This document shows, one piece after another, positions 23,181-35,620 of a stretch of DNA of 64,000 nt (position 1 is its first letter; every line of letters starts with the position of its first letter). The position numbers and the translations under genes were made by a program. The notes beneath the pieces were generated by a model that did no database searches, was not told where the DNA came from, and was given only the letters and a program-made list of their open reading frames with translations. The stretch is taken from positions 73,222,001 through 73,286,000 of the forward strand of contig OX597819.1 of NCBI GenBank assembly GCA_951406725.2. The letters are read 5' to 3'. The stretch is from Octopus vulgaris. Its lineage: Eukaryota.

Positions 23181-23804
23181 GACATGCGTCTGTCAGTTTT
23201 CACCAACCATATCCACTTAAAAAGATTTGGTCAACCCAAGGCTATAGTAGAAGGCACTTGCTGAAGGTGCCACACAGTGGGACTGAACCCAAAGCCATGT
23301 GGTTGGGAAGCAAGCTTCTTACCACACAGCCACTCCTTAAGGCAGAAGAATCATTAGCATGACAAGCAAAATACCTGGTGGTATTTTGTCCATCTTCATA
23401 TTATGAGATCGAGGTCTACTTTGCCTTTCATCCCTTCGGGTCCAAAAATAATTACCAGTTCAAACACTGGGGCTGATACATTTGACTTACCCTCTCCCTT
23501 GAAAGTACTGGCCTTGTGCCACTATGTCACAATTTGAAACCATTATTACAGATTTCTATTTTTTTTGCTGTGAGCAGAATTGTCAGTATTTTGGACAAAA
23601 TGCTGAGTGACGTTTCTTCCAGTTCTTCATGTTCAAATCACGTCATAGGAAACTTTATTTTTAATCCTTTCAGGGGTCAATAAATAAAATACCGGTCAAA
23701 CTGCTGGCCTTGTGCCAAAATTTCAAACATTTATAACAGATTTTTCTTTTATTGCTAAACATCCTAGTTATTATGCTAGCATTGTAGGAAAGGGAAAAGA
23801 TATA

Positions 23805-24400
23805 CTCACCAGTGACCGAGACCTTTGGCAATGTGCTCTGCTTAAGAGGACCCGTCAAGCCAGGTGCACCCGTGTTGGTGGCACATAAAAAATCAATCTT
23901 TCAACATTGAGCCTGACAGAGGCTGAGTTCCTTTTGAGTGTTGGGCTTCATGGAGGTGAGGTGGCTGAGTTCCTTTCAAGTGCCGGGCCGCATGGAGGCA
24001 AAGCGGCTGAGTTCCCCTAGAATGTTGGGCCTCACAAAGGCAAGGTGACTGAGTTCTTTTCGAGCTTTGGATCTCATGAAAGCAAAGTGGCGGACTTCCT
24101 TTAGAGTGCCGGGCCTCATGGAGGCAATGACCAAGACCTTTGGCATTATGTTGTGCTTGAGAAGAAGACCCATCAAGCCGAGAAAATCACAGTTGTGGTA
24201 GATACCAGTGTCATACAATTGGCACATAAAATCACCCATTACACTCTTGGAGTGGTTGGTGTTAGGAAGGGCATCCAACCATAGAAAACCAAGCCAAATC
24301 AGACTGGAGTCTGGTGCAGTCTTCCAGCATTTCAGCCCAGTCAAACCATCCAACCCATGCCAGCATGGACAACGGACATTAGATGATGATGATGATGATA
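23805..24400 (+). mobile_element. RTE 3'-end copy containing a ~40-bp minisatellite (about 23905-24130)
   Basis: About five diverged units of gagtgttgggcctcatggaggcaa.gtg.ctgagttc, followed by the standard RTE tail. Confidence 0.8.
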
Positions 24401-25198
24401 TATATAAAATATTACGAACAATATTATTTCTAAAAATAATAACGTTGGTGGCCATGAGCATAAAGCTGTATAAGCAAATTAATAAATTATATTTAAGATA
24501 TATAAAAATATATTTATATATACTAGGGTACAACATAAGCACCTGCTTCACTAAAAAGGGAAGCCAAAATACTTCTATATGCGTGTGTGTGTGGTAAAGA
24601 AGTTTCCTTCTAGGCCACATGGTTCCAGGTTCAGTCCCACTGTGGCACCTTGGGCACTTGTCTTCTATAGTTTTGTAAATGGATTTAATTGATGGAAACT
24701 GAAAGAAGCCTGTCATATATGCATGTGTGTCTTTGAGCCAGTGTTTGTCTCCCACCACCACTTGATAACCGGTATTGGTGTGTTTTGTATCCCTGTAACT
24801 TAGCAGTTTGGCAAAAGAGATTGATAAAATAAGTACCAGGCTTTAGAAAAGAAATATACTGGGGTTGATTCATTTGGCTAAAAATTTTTCAAGACATTGT
24901 GTTCTTCAGCAAAACACCTCATTTCATGTTACTCTGCAATCACTTTGACACCTGATGTGTGGTACACCGTGCACCTTTTCAGACAGCATCAATTTGATTG
25001 AGGTAGTGAAGTAATGTACAGCTAATTTTTGATCATTAGAAACAAATCAATTGTGCAGGTTATTCGGCAAAAGCTGAAAACTCATATGTCATCTTCAATT
25101 GGAAAGTCTATCATCATATATGTGTGTGTATATATGCATATATGTATACATATGTGTATATATCTATATATATATATATATGAATATATATACATATA

Positions 25199-25353
25199 TG
25201 TGGCTGTGTTGTAAGTAACTTGCTTACCAACCACATGGTTCTGGGTTCAGGCCCACTGTGTGGCACCTTTGGTAGGTGTCCTCCACTATAACCTTGGGCT
25301 GACCAAAGCCTTGTGAGTGGATTTGGTAGGTGGAAACTGAAAGAAGCCCATCG

Positions 25354-25384
<31 letters not shown>

Positions 25385-25580
25385 TTGTCTCCTCACTATC
25401 GCTTGACAACCAATGCTGGTGTGTTTATGTCCCTGTAATTTAGCTGTTCAGCAAAAAGAGACCGATAGAATAAGTACTAGATTTACAAGTAATAAGTCCT
25501 GGGGTTGATTTGCTCGACTAAAAGGTGGTGCTCCAGCATGGCTGCAGTCTAATGACTGAAACAAAAGAAAGAATAAAAGA
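25199..25580 (+). mobile_element. SINE family 1, complete copy
   Basis: tggctgtg..gtaag head, ggttcag B-box-like motif, central (TA)n(TG)n, 3' end atgactgaaacaaaagaaagaataaaag. Similar copies at about 12310, 24585, 46283, 50258, 55040 and 59305. Confidence 0.88.
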
Positions 25581-27187
25581 ATGTGTTCATATACATACAT
25601 ATACAAACATTGCATATATTTAATTAGACAGACAACTCCATTCATAAATTCCCCTTCTGTAGAATTTTAATATTTTTTGTAACTGGTTTTGATAACTGAA
25701 AATAAAATTTCTATTTACAATTACCTTCAACTGTATTTATAAGAAAGGTTTTCTTCTCTGCAATGCAAGTGTCATAACTTCAAAAAATCAGGCTGTACAG
25801 CAATTAAAAAGAGAAATCTGTAATAATGGCATTTAATAAGTAAATTTTAACCATATACTATTTTTATATTTTCTCAGATTGATCTATTTTTGTTATCAAC
25901 CTTACAGAAATTCATACCTAAGACAGCTAATTCTCCCTAATTTCTTTGTTCTTTTTACCTATTTCAGTCATTTGACTGCAGCCATGCTGGAGCACCACCT
26001 TTAGTTGAACAAATTGTTCCCCAGGATCACTGCTATCTCTAGCTGTGGACATCTACTGTTGACAAGGTCAAGGAAGGTTGAAATCATGTGATCTGGTGGT
26101 CCTGGTGGCAATAACGGGTGATTATCTCCAGCTAGTTATATAAACACAAGTGATTATATGGACCACAAATCCATGCGAGTGGTTCTCTTATGGTGCATAA
26201 TGCAGTACTCTGTGTTCTAACACAGCATCCACTTTTAAGTGGAAATGAATATTACTTTTTACTATTAATACTGCTTTTGTAGCTTTTAATTATTTATTAA
26301 ATTTCTGAGATGATTTGTTTGTTAATTAAGTTATAATTTTACAGGCAATTAACTTCATTAGAGTACAAATCCATGAATAAGACATCGGATGATAAATAAA
26401 CAATAAACTGAGTAAAACATCTTGGAGATGTAAATATCAAATGATTTTCGTCTCCAAACCATATGAAGTCTACAATTTAAATAATTATAATCATATTCTT
26501 CATTTTCCTTTCTATCTTTCTTCTCTTCATTTTCTTCTTTCTTTCTCTCTCTCTCTCTTTTAGTTTCAGTTTAAAATTCCAGATTGAAGGAAAACATATT
26601 TTTATGATCTGAATATCTAAAATTAGAATAAAATTGAATTTAAAAAAATTCATATATAAGTTGTGTTGATTTGAAATGTAACTCAATTTTAATTTCATTA
26701 AAAACAAGTTTTCAGTAAAAATTCCTGACCGTGATATTTTGATTTGGAAAATTGTTTCAATTTTATCAGACTTGAATTTCAGATTTGAATCTGAAATAAA
26801 AACTCTAAAGAATAAAGAGAGAGAGAAGAAGGAGAACTTAAAAGCATTCTCAATGAAAGTTTTTGTCTTAGATTAATTAAATACTTAAATATTTAAGATT
26901 AATTATCAAGTGATAAAAATAAATTTTCCAGACAATTGATTTTATTTTTGTTTTCATAAATCACAATTGATTGGCAAAAAATCATTAATCAACCTGCTCT
27001 AGCCACTACCAGCCAGACATTTCCTCTCTCTATCTCCCTCCCTCCCTTCTACAACAATCTCTACTCCTCTCAACTAGATAGATGCATTTTCACTTTACTT
27101 AGACCAGTGGTTCTCCTAAAGATATCTATACTATAGTGATAAACACTTGTACCAGACGAATAGCACTTTCTGACTGTTCATTTTCAG

Positions 27188-27357
27188 TATCTAGTAACAG
27201 ACCGAACCAAGATGTGCATTAATCATGTGAAACCACAGGTTTTACATCAGAGCAGCCCGCTTAAAGAAGAATGCATTTACAACAGCCGGGGTCTCCCTTC
27301 ACTACTGGTGGTTTTACTAGGATGGCTATTGACTCTCCTGAGTTCATCCACCCTTTG
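27188..27357 (+). other. Candidate coding exon ending in a hydrophobic, signal-peptide-like segment
   Basis: Acceptor ttcattttcag and donor TTG|gtgagt. Open frame YLVTDRTKMCINHVKPQVLHQSSPLKEECIYNSRGLPSLLVVLLGWLLTLLSSSTL. Non-repetitive sequence. Confidence 0.4.
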
Positions 27358-28094
27358 GTGAGTCTTGTCTTTCATCCTGCGGTGATCTCAAAATTCACCC
27401 TACTCACTAAGTCACCTGATCATACAAGTTGTATTGCATTACATGTAACCAATAACCAATAAGTGACCTGTCATGACATGCACATATGATAGGCTTTTTC
27501 AATTTTCATCTACCTAATTTCACTCAAAGTATTGGCTTAATGACTGTTAGCTTACGATATTTACACAATGAGATCAAACCTCTTTGTGAGTCTGAAACAA
27601 AACTTCTTTACCGCACAGCCCTGCCTTTGTGTGTGTGTGTGTAGTTCAGCAGCCCTATTGGCATAGTGGATAACAAACTCTAAAATATTAGTCTGAAAAA
27701 TGCTTTTAAGTGAGAAACACACTGGCACATAAAAAGCACCATTCAAGTGTTGGGCTTCATGAAGGCAGTGACAGGTAACCAAGACCTCTGGCAATATACC
27801 ATGCTTGTGTAGACCTGTCAAGCCAAGTGAGACAGTAACTGTGGCCGATGCCAGTGTCAGGTCAATGACACCTGTACTGGCGGCATGTAAAAAACACCCA
27901 CTACACTCTCGGAGTGGTTGGCATTAGGAAGGGCATCCAGCTGTAGGAACCTTGCCAAATCAGATCGCAACTTGGTGCAGCCCCCCCACCTCCAACAGGC
28001 TTACCAGCTTTCAGTCAAACAGTCCAACCCATGCCAGCATGGAAAGCGGACCTTAAATGATGATGATGATGACACACACATACATATAAAAGCA

Positions 28095-29655
28095 GGCTGT
28101 GTGGTAAGAAGTTTGATTCCCAACCACATAGTTCTGAGTCAGCCCCACTGTGTGACACCTTGGGCAAGTGTCTTCTACTATAGCCTCGGGCCAACCAAAG
28201 CCTTACCTTACAAGTGGATTTGGTAGACGGAAATTGAAAGAAGCCCGTTGTATATATATATATATGTCAAAGGAAGGCTAACTTAGGAAGATAGTTTTTG
28301 TATGTGACAGATGCTCAGGAGCAATAAACACTGAAAATGTGCAGAGAACAACTTCCGCCACATTCCAGGGAGAAAAACTAGAAGTAGTTTATAGCTTCCA
28401 TTACCTAGGTGACCAAGTCAGTAGTGGTGGCGAGTGTGCTGAAAGTGTAACTGCTAGAGTAAGAATAGCCTGGGCAAAGTTCAGAGAGCTCTTACCTCTG
28501 CTGGTGACAAAAGGCCTCTCGCTCAGAGTAAACGGCAGACTGTATGATGCATGTGTACGAACAGCCATGCTACATGGCAGTGAAACATGGGCCATGACTG
28601 CTGAAGATATGCGTAAGTTTGCAAGGAATGAAGCCTGTATGCTCCGATGGATGTGTAATGTCAGTGTTCATATTCGACAGAGTGTAAGTACCTTGAGAGA
28701 AAAGTCGGACTTAAGAAGCATCAGTTGTGTGCAAGAGAGATGATTGCGCTGGTATGGTCATGTGGCGAGAATGGATGAAGATAGGTGTGTGAAAAAGTGC
28801 CACACCCTAGTGGTTGAGGGAACCTGTGGAAGAGGTAGACCCAGGAAGACCTGGGATGAAGTGGTGAAGCACGACCTTCGAACATTAGGTCTCACCGAGG
28901 CAATGACTAGTGACCGAGACCTTAGGAAATATGCTGTACATGAGAACACCCGGCAGGACAAGTGAGACCATATCATGGCCTTTACCTGGGATGTAGCCAG
29001 TCCACTTATGCATACCTTTCCTTCTTTGGACACAAAACTCTGCTTGTGAAGACCTGTTGAGGCAAGTGAAATCAAAATCGATCAAAAAAATCAATGGAAA
29101 CTGTAGTTATGATACCAGTGCTGGTGGCACGTAAAAAGCACCATCTGAACATGGCCGTTGCCAGTGCTGCCTCGACTGGCTTCTGTGCTGGTGGCAAGTA
29201 AAAAGCACCAACCGATCATGGCTGTTGCCAGCCTCGCCTGGTACCTGTGCCGGTGGCACGTAAAAAGCACTCACTACACTCACAGAGTGGTTGGCGTTAG
29301 GAAGGGCATCTAGCTGTAGAAATAATGCCAGATCAGACTGGAGCTGGTGCACCTCCTGGCTTCCCAGACCCCGGTTGAACCATCCAACCCATGCTAGCAT
29401 GGAAAACAGACATTAAACGATGATGATGATGATATATATATATGTGTGTGTGTTTGTGTGTCCGTGTTTGTCTTCTCACCATCGCTTGATGACCGATGCT
29501 GGTGTGTTTACATCCCTGTAACTTAGCAGTTCGGCAAAACAGACTGATGGAATAAGTACTAGGCTTACAAAGAATGAATCCCGGGGTCGATTTGTTGAAC
29601 TAAAGGTGGTGTTCCAGCATGACCTCAGTCAAATGACTGAAACAAATAAAAGAGT
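28095..29655 (+). mobile_element. SINE family 1 interrupted at its central (TA)n by an RTE copy
   Basis: SINE 5' half at 28095-28266 and 3' half at 29433-29655. Confidence 0.85.
28266..29432 (+). mobile_element. 5'-truncated RTE copy
   Basis: Starts within the PHD-like region (gtcaaaggaaggcta). ORF fragments 28339-28965 match the intact C-terminus, with a frameshift. Has a GAT tail and TSD atatatatatatg. Confidence 0.93.
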
Positions 29656-30589
29656 AAGTATCAACATCAAACAATCAGTGTCATTTGTTTCTAATATTCT
29701 CCGAACACATGTCTGGCCATGGGGAAATATCACCTTATTGGGAAACAGGTGAGGGTTGGTGACAAGAAGGGCATACTGCTATAGAAAAATCTGCCTTAAT
29801 GAATTCCATTTGACCCATCCGAGCATGGAAATATGCTGCTGCTGCTGCTGATGATATATATATATAGGGAAAAGTAAAAAGAAACAAAAAATGCATGCTA
29901 GGTATAAAAGTAATGGATTTTTAAAATAAAAACAACGATATATACATATAAATAAATGATCTTAGGTGGAATTAAGAAGCATAAAAATCATTATTATGAG
30001 TCAATATAGAAAGTCATACCGGTTTCAACATTGCTGTTCACTGATTTGAAGTCAGTTGCCATAGCTTTCCATCTAGATCAATGCTCTATTTCCTGTGGAA
30101 GATAGGTTTGGAACCCAGATGACTGAAAAAACCCATCAAAGAAATAGGCACAGCAGATGAAACCAGCCCAAGATGGCTATGGTTGAGACCACAAGAGGAA
30201 TCCTTCTGTAGGTGAAGACTAGCTCAGTCCTTGCTGCTCCACTCAAGTGAAGCATCAAGGCTAAGGGGCAAAACACTTGTAATCCTGAGATGATGATGAT
30301 ACAGGGAGGTTTCCAGCAGTTTCTGTGTGAGGTAAAGCATCTCTGAAGTTTAGTTCACCTATATGTGTCGAAAGTATAGTGATATCCATGGGGCAGCTGA
30401 TGATGGGGGTATGTTGGATTGTTGGTATGGCTGTTATTGTATATGTGGAATAATTTTATAAGACATACATTTGATAAATATATGTGTATGCATATATACA
30501 TGTGTGTGTATATATACATACACACACACATAAATATGAATATATATATATATATGTAATGTATGTGTATATAAAGTTCCAGGATGACC

Positions 30590-32650
30590 AAGGTAACGTG
30601 GTGTTGGAACAAGGAGTTAGAGAGAAGTATAAAAGGGAAGAGAGCCAGAGTTGAATAACCTGGGAGCCAGGGGTAGGAGAGAATTATTGACTTAGCATTG
30701 GGAGAAGCAGAAAGGAACAGGCTTGCCAATGTTTTGCAGCATGGAGATTAGAAGTGTGAGGTATTCCTGGTTACAAGGCAGCAAATCAAAGAGAATTGAG
30801 GAATTTTGGATGAGAAATGTGTATAAATGTCTTAATGGTGCTTTTACTGTTAGGTATTCTTTCCTACTCTAGGCAGAAGGCCTGAAATTTTTGGAGAGGA
30901 GGCCAGTCAATTAGATCAACCTCAGTATGCAACTGGTACTTAATTTATCAACCCCGAAAGGATAAAAAGCAAAGTCAACCTCGGAGGAATTTGAACTCAG
31001 CATGTCAAGACAGATGAAATACCGCTAAGCATTTTGCGGGGCATGCTAACGTTTCTGCCAGTTCACCATCTTCTTATACTTAGTTATTATGAAAAGAATT
31101 AGGTAAGCAGTGCTACTGTGAAAGGCTGTTAACTGCTTAGAATGTATGGAGAAAAGAGGATCTTCTCAACATGGATCCAACGAGGCATCAGCTATCATAT
31201 GGACATCAGTATAATAAATAAAGCAGTTAAGAATATGAAAGCACAAAGAATCCCTGGTCCATCAGGAATTGCTGCTGAAATGCTTAAAATATTTGATGGC
31301 ATAAGACATGGCCTAGTTACCTGCATAGTTAATCAGGTTGTACAGGAAGTTGTCATACCCAGTGACTGGTGTAGCAACATTATAGCTAACTGTTACAAGG
31401 GTAAAAGTGATAATTTAAAGAGAGGAAATCATAGAGGTATTAAATTTTCAGACCAAGTCATGAGAGTTACAGAAAGAGAGCTTGATTAATGAGAGAGTAG
31501 ATGAGATGCAGTCTGGGTTTGTAGCAGGGAGAAGTACTATGGATGCTGTCCTACTTCTTGCTGGCTAAAAGTAAGTTGCTCTACATAGCATTTGCTGACT
31601 TGGAGAAAGCCTTTTCACTAGGGCCCTTACTCTGTACGCTGATTGACATTGAGGAAAGTAGGGATAGATGAATGGCTTGTGAGAACCATACAAGCCATGT
31701 ACAGATGTGCTATTAGGAAGATAAAAGTTAACAATGAATATAGTTATGAATACAATATGCAGTTAGGAGTTCATCAGGGCTTGGTTGTCAGTCCTCTTCT
31801 ATTCACCATAGTCCTCTAGGTCATAACAGGAGTTTAATGTAGGTTGTCCATTAGAACAGTTTTATGCTAATGATCTGTAGTACAATTAGAAAAGAAATTT
31901 CAGGCGAGGAAGCAAAACCTGGAATCAAAGAGCCTCAAAGTCAATTTAGCAAAGACCAAAATGTTAATAAAAAATATAGTTCTCAGCTTCTATTCAGGGA
32001 AATGGCTTTGCTCAATATGTAGGAAAGGTGTGAACAGAACTTTTGTATGGTGGACCCAATGCAAACTATAGACACAGAAGAGATACAGTGATATCTCAGG
32101 CAATTTAACAGAAAATAGACTTTGTGTGGCAGATGATCAGGAACCATGAGCAATAAGGATGCATGAGAAATAGACACTGCTAATTAGCAGTGGAAGAGGA
32201 TGTTTAAAGCAGTTGCTAGAATAAGAACAGAATGGTGGAAGTTCAGAAAGCTCTTAAGTCTGTTGTTAGCAAAAGGTCTCGCTTTTAGAGTGAAAGGTGG
32301 ACTGTATGATGTTTGTGTCCAAACAATAATGCTACATGGTAGTGAGACAAGAGCCCTGCATACAGAGGACTTGCAAAGACTAGAAAGAAATGAAGCTGGC
32401 ATACTCTGCAAGATGTGCAACATGAGTGTGCATGCATGACAAAGTGCAAGTATGTTGAGAGAAAAATTGAGCATAAGAAGAATCAGCTGTTGTGTACTAG
32501 GGAGAAGACTGTAATGGTTTGGCCATGTGATATTTATGGATGTACAGAGAAGTGCCAGACATTTAAAGAGATCCAGGAAAAGTAGTGAATGATGATCTCA
32601 CAATTTGAACCTCACAGGGGAGATAACAAAGGACCAGGATGACTGGAGAG
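30590..32650 (+). pseudogene. Decayed older RTE of the same lineage, interrupted by a SINE
   Basis: Fragments IPGPSGIAAEMLK, IPSDWCSNIIANCYKGK, ARIRTEWWKFRKLL and MLHGSET, with many stops and frameshifts. Confidence 0.88.
30853..31072 (-). mobile_element. SINE family 2 (MetaSINE-like core gactttgcctttcatcctttcggggtcgataaa)
   Basis: The same family occurs at about 12098, 23340, 41105, 42620, 51187, 55460 and 62670, with a tRNA-like head gagctggcagaa...gagttcaaattcc. Confidence 0.8.
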
Positions 32651-32854
32651 ATATATAGAATATATATTGTATATTCTATTTCCAAACAGATTGTTTCTGG
32701 CAGTCAGATGTTCTTAGAATTTTATGACTAGATGGCAAACAAAATAATCAATAGATGGCAAACAAAATCATATCTATTGCTCTTTATATACTCATAATTT
32801 TCGAAATTTTGCAGGCCTGCAGACGAAATCATCAGGTAACAATAGGTGTGTTTA

Positions 32855-32865
32855 TATATATATAT

Positions 32866-32896
<31 letters not shown>

Positions 32897-32908
32897 TATC
32901 TCTATATA
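32855..32908. repeat. (TA)n-(GATA)n microsatellite
   Basis: Seen directly. Confidence 0.95.
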
Positions 32909-33801
32909 TAAAGTAAAGACTATTTGCCAACATAATGTAGCTGCTCTAGAAAGGACGCTTGTTACGGTTGTTTAACCCCAGGACTGTAGAGAGTTTGGTG
33001 GAGTCTTCTGACTTGCCACTTGCTGTTAAGTCGCTCTACCCATGCCAGCATAGAACATGGACGTCAAATGATGATGATGATGGTGATATATGTGTGTGTG
33101 TGCGCCGCTTGGCAATCTATGTTGGTTTGTTTATACCCCGATAACCAGGCAGTTCGGCAAAATAGACGTACCAAATTTTAAAAATAGGGGTCGATTCGTT
33201 CGACTGAACCCCTCCAAGGCGATCCGCCACATGGCCGCGACCCAATCACTGAAACTAAGTAAATGATGTGTGTGTGTGTTTGTGTGTATACATATTCATG
33301 CACTCGTACATATACACATGCGTGCGTAAACATACATGCTTTTTTGTCGCACAAAAATGTGTGACGATTCTAATTGTATGTGATTCCAGGGTAATTGACC
33401 CAAAGGTTTCATATAATAAAAGCTATTAGTTAATAGCATTTAAGTTGGGAACATAGATTAATTCAGTAATTAACTAATAATAATGCTGCTGTAGGTTAAC
33501 CGAGATATAATAGAAATGTTCTTATAATGGTAATATATAGAAATTAATATCGAATTAAAAAAAGAAATTAATATGTTTAATGATTAAAATAATTAAACGC
33601 AACATACATATATCTGTGCGCACACACGTGTGTGTGTATATATATATACATACATATATATGTATATACACCCACCCACACACATCTATACAGACGCACT
33701 AGTATGTATGTGTGTGTGTGTGTACACACACACACACGCTGAGGACCGAAAGATTAAGAAATATAGAAAACGATTTTGGTTATAATTATTGATGTAATTA
33801 A

Positions 33802-34020
33802 CCCTTTAGTGTTCAGATTGTTCTATCAAACATAATGCTTATTGATTCCCATTGATTTGAATTAATCATGCATTATCTCATACCTTCAAGATCTTGATGG
33901 TGCAATTACTTAATGTAGAATAACATTGTAGGGTAGGTGTGAGAACCTGGATCTGGTCAGTTTGAACATAAAACAGATTAACTATTTTGGCCGGATATGG
34001 CCGGTTTAAATACTAAAGGG
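33802..34020. mobile_element. piggyBac-type MITE, family A
   Basis: TTAA|CCCTTTAG...CTAAAGGG|TTAA. Confidence 0.9.
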
Positions 34021-35556
34021 TTAAGCAAGATCGTTTCTCAGTGAAGGGAGATTTCTCGCGCAAAAATAATATTTTCAATAATAAGTCGTGATTTGGTCAT
34101 TAAAATTAGAGCTGGTGGAATTTTCATGGGGGTGATGTGGGCTGGGAGTGAGTTATGCTCGTGTCAGAATAATGGAATTATTAGGAATATTACTGTTACA
34201 TCGATAGAAATACACCATAATGAAAATAACTGGATATTTTGAAGATAACAAAAGATAACATAAAAAAAATACTATTAAAAATAGTGTTTGAAATCCTTTT
34301 AAAGATTGTTGAATTACATTAGCAAATGTAATAAAGGATTAGTTGATGACATTTAAGTTAATAACAAAATTTAATCAATTAATTTACGCTGATACTACGG
34401 GTTAATTAAAGATTTAATGTATATGCAGCACAGTAATTATAGCTTTATAAATAAAAGGGATTTTAAAATTGAATTTAAAATATATTATCTTTAATGATTT
34501 TAAATGTTAATTTTCTTTCTTGAGATTACTGAAGCCCCCAAATAATAAAGATGACTCCAAAATGGAAATAAATTTAATATAAATTAAATTTTAAAAATTA
34601 AATATTCAAGATATTTCCCTCCCTTTCCAAAATTTCTCAGACTGGTTTCCAGAAACCGTTAAAATATTACAGTTGCTAAGAGAGAGGCAAAAGCAGAGCG
34701 AATGCCTTGTATCGATTTTTCATTTACTACACATTGTGATCTAATGATATCAGATAGCACGTGTTGTTGTGGGCAGAAATCTAGCGAGATGTGACTCATT
34801 TGATTTATTATGATTAGACCTACACTCAGTGCACTTTAAAAAGCGATATCCCCTCTCAAGGTTCTAATTATTTTCGGTAAAAGCATACCGCTATATCTGA
34901 CACTATTGAATGAATGGAATAAATATGAACGAACAAGAAAAAACTATTTTAATGATTTGTTTATGTTTTGGGAAAAAAAAAGGTACGGATTTTGATATAA
35001 GCTTATGTTAAAAATCATTACGTGATTAAGAAGAAAAATTTTAAGTAGGTAAAAAAAAAAAAAAAGAGAATAGAAATGGGATGTTGTGATGTTCATTTTT
35101 TATCCCTAAGATTTTTTAACGACATAAGCGTCCGAAACATGGTATTATTAAAAAATTGCGAGCACTCGGCTAAATCGTTTAACAAAGCGAAATACAGCAG
35201 CTGGACATTGATTAAATATCGACTCTTATGATGGCCTATTAAAATAAAGAAAAAAAACATTAAATAAAATACATTCTTTTTCTTCAACGTTTCTTCGAAC
35301 AAATCGTAGTCATTTTTCAATTCTAGTTAAATGTTTTCAGTTGGCATGTTTTTCTTTTCTTTCATAGACAAAAGAATTGCCTTATAAATATATAAATTGA
35401 CGATAGAAATAGAAAGTAGGTTGTAGATTATATTAGATTGTGTTTATTATTATTAACATTATTGTTATTGCATCTGAAATAAAGAGTCACACTATTCCTC
35501 CCCCTCCCCATATGGTTGGTAATTCAGCCTCGTTTTGAAATAGCGCCAAATCGCTA

Positions 35557-35620
35557 ATGGCGGCCAGAGGAAAGAAGAAAATTGTGAGTGCCACCGTGGA
35601 TCATTTTTGTTCCATTACTG
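35557..35620 (+). CDS. UBXN7: First coding exon of a probable UBXN7-like (UBA-UBX) gene: MAARGKKKIVSATVDHFCSIT(G)
   Basis: ATGGCGGCC start (YY1-like context) in a CpG-retaining zone, with a consensus donor G|GTAAGT in phase 1. The peptide resembles the first helix of the UBA-like domain (human UBXN7 LIQQFTTITG). Other proteins with an N-terminal UBA-like domain are not excluded. Confidence 0.6.

Noticed and set aside
23976-24761. 261-aa minus-strand ORF
   Set aside because: It runs through a SINE, an AT-rich spacer, an RTE tail and a minisatellite, so it is a chance open frame.
35093-35320. Minus-strand ORF or exon upstream of the UBXN7-like exon
   Set aside because: An acceptor-like tract is present but there is no recognisable product or partner exon; insufficient support.
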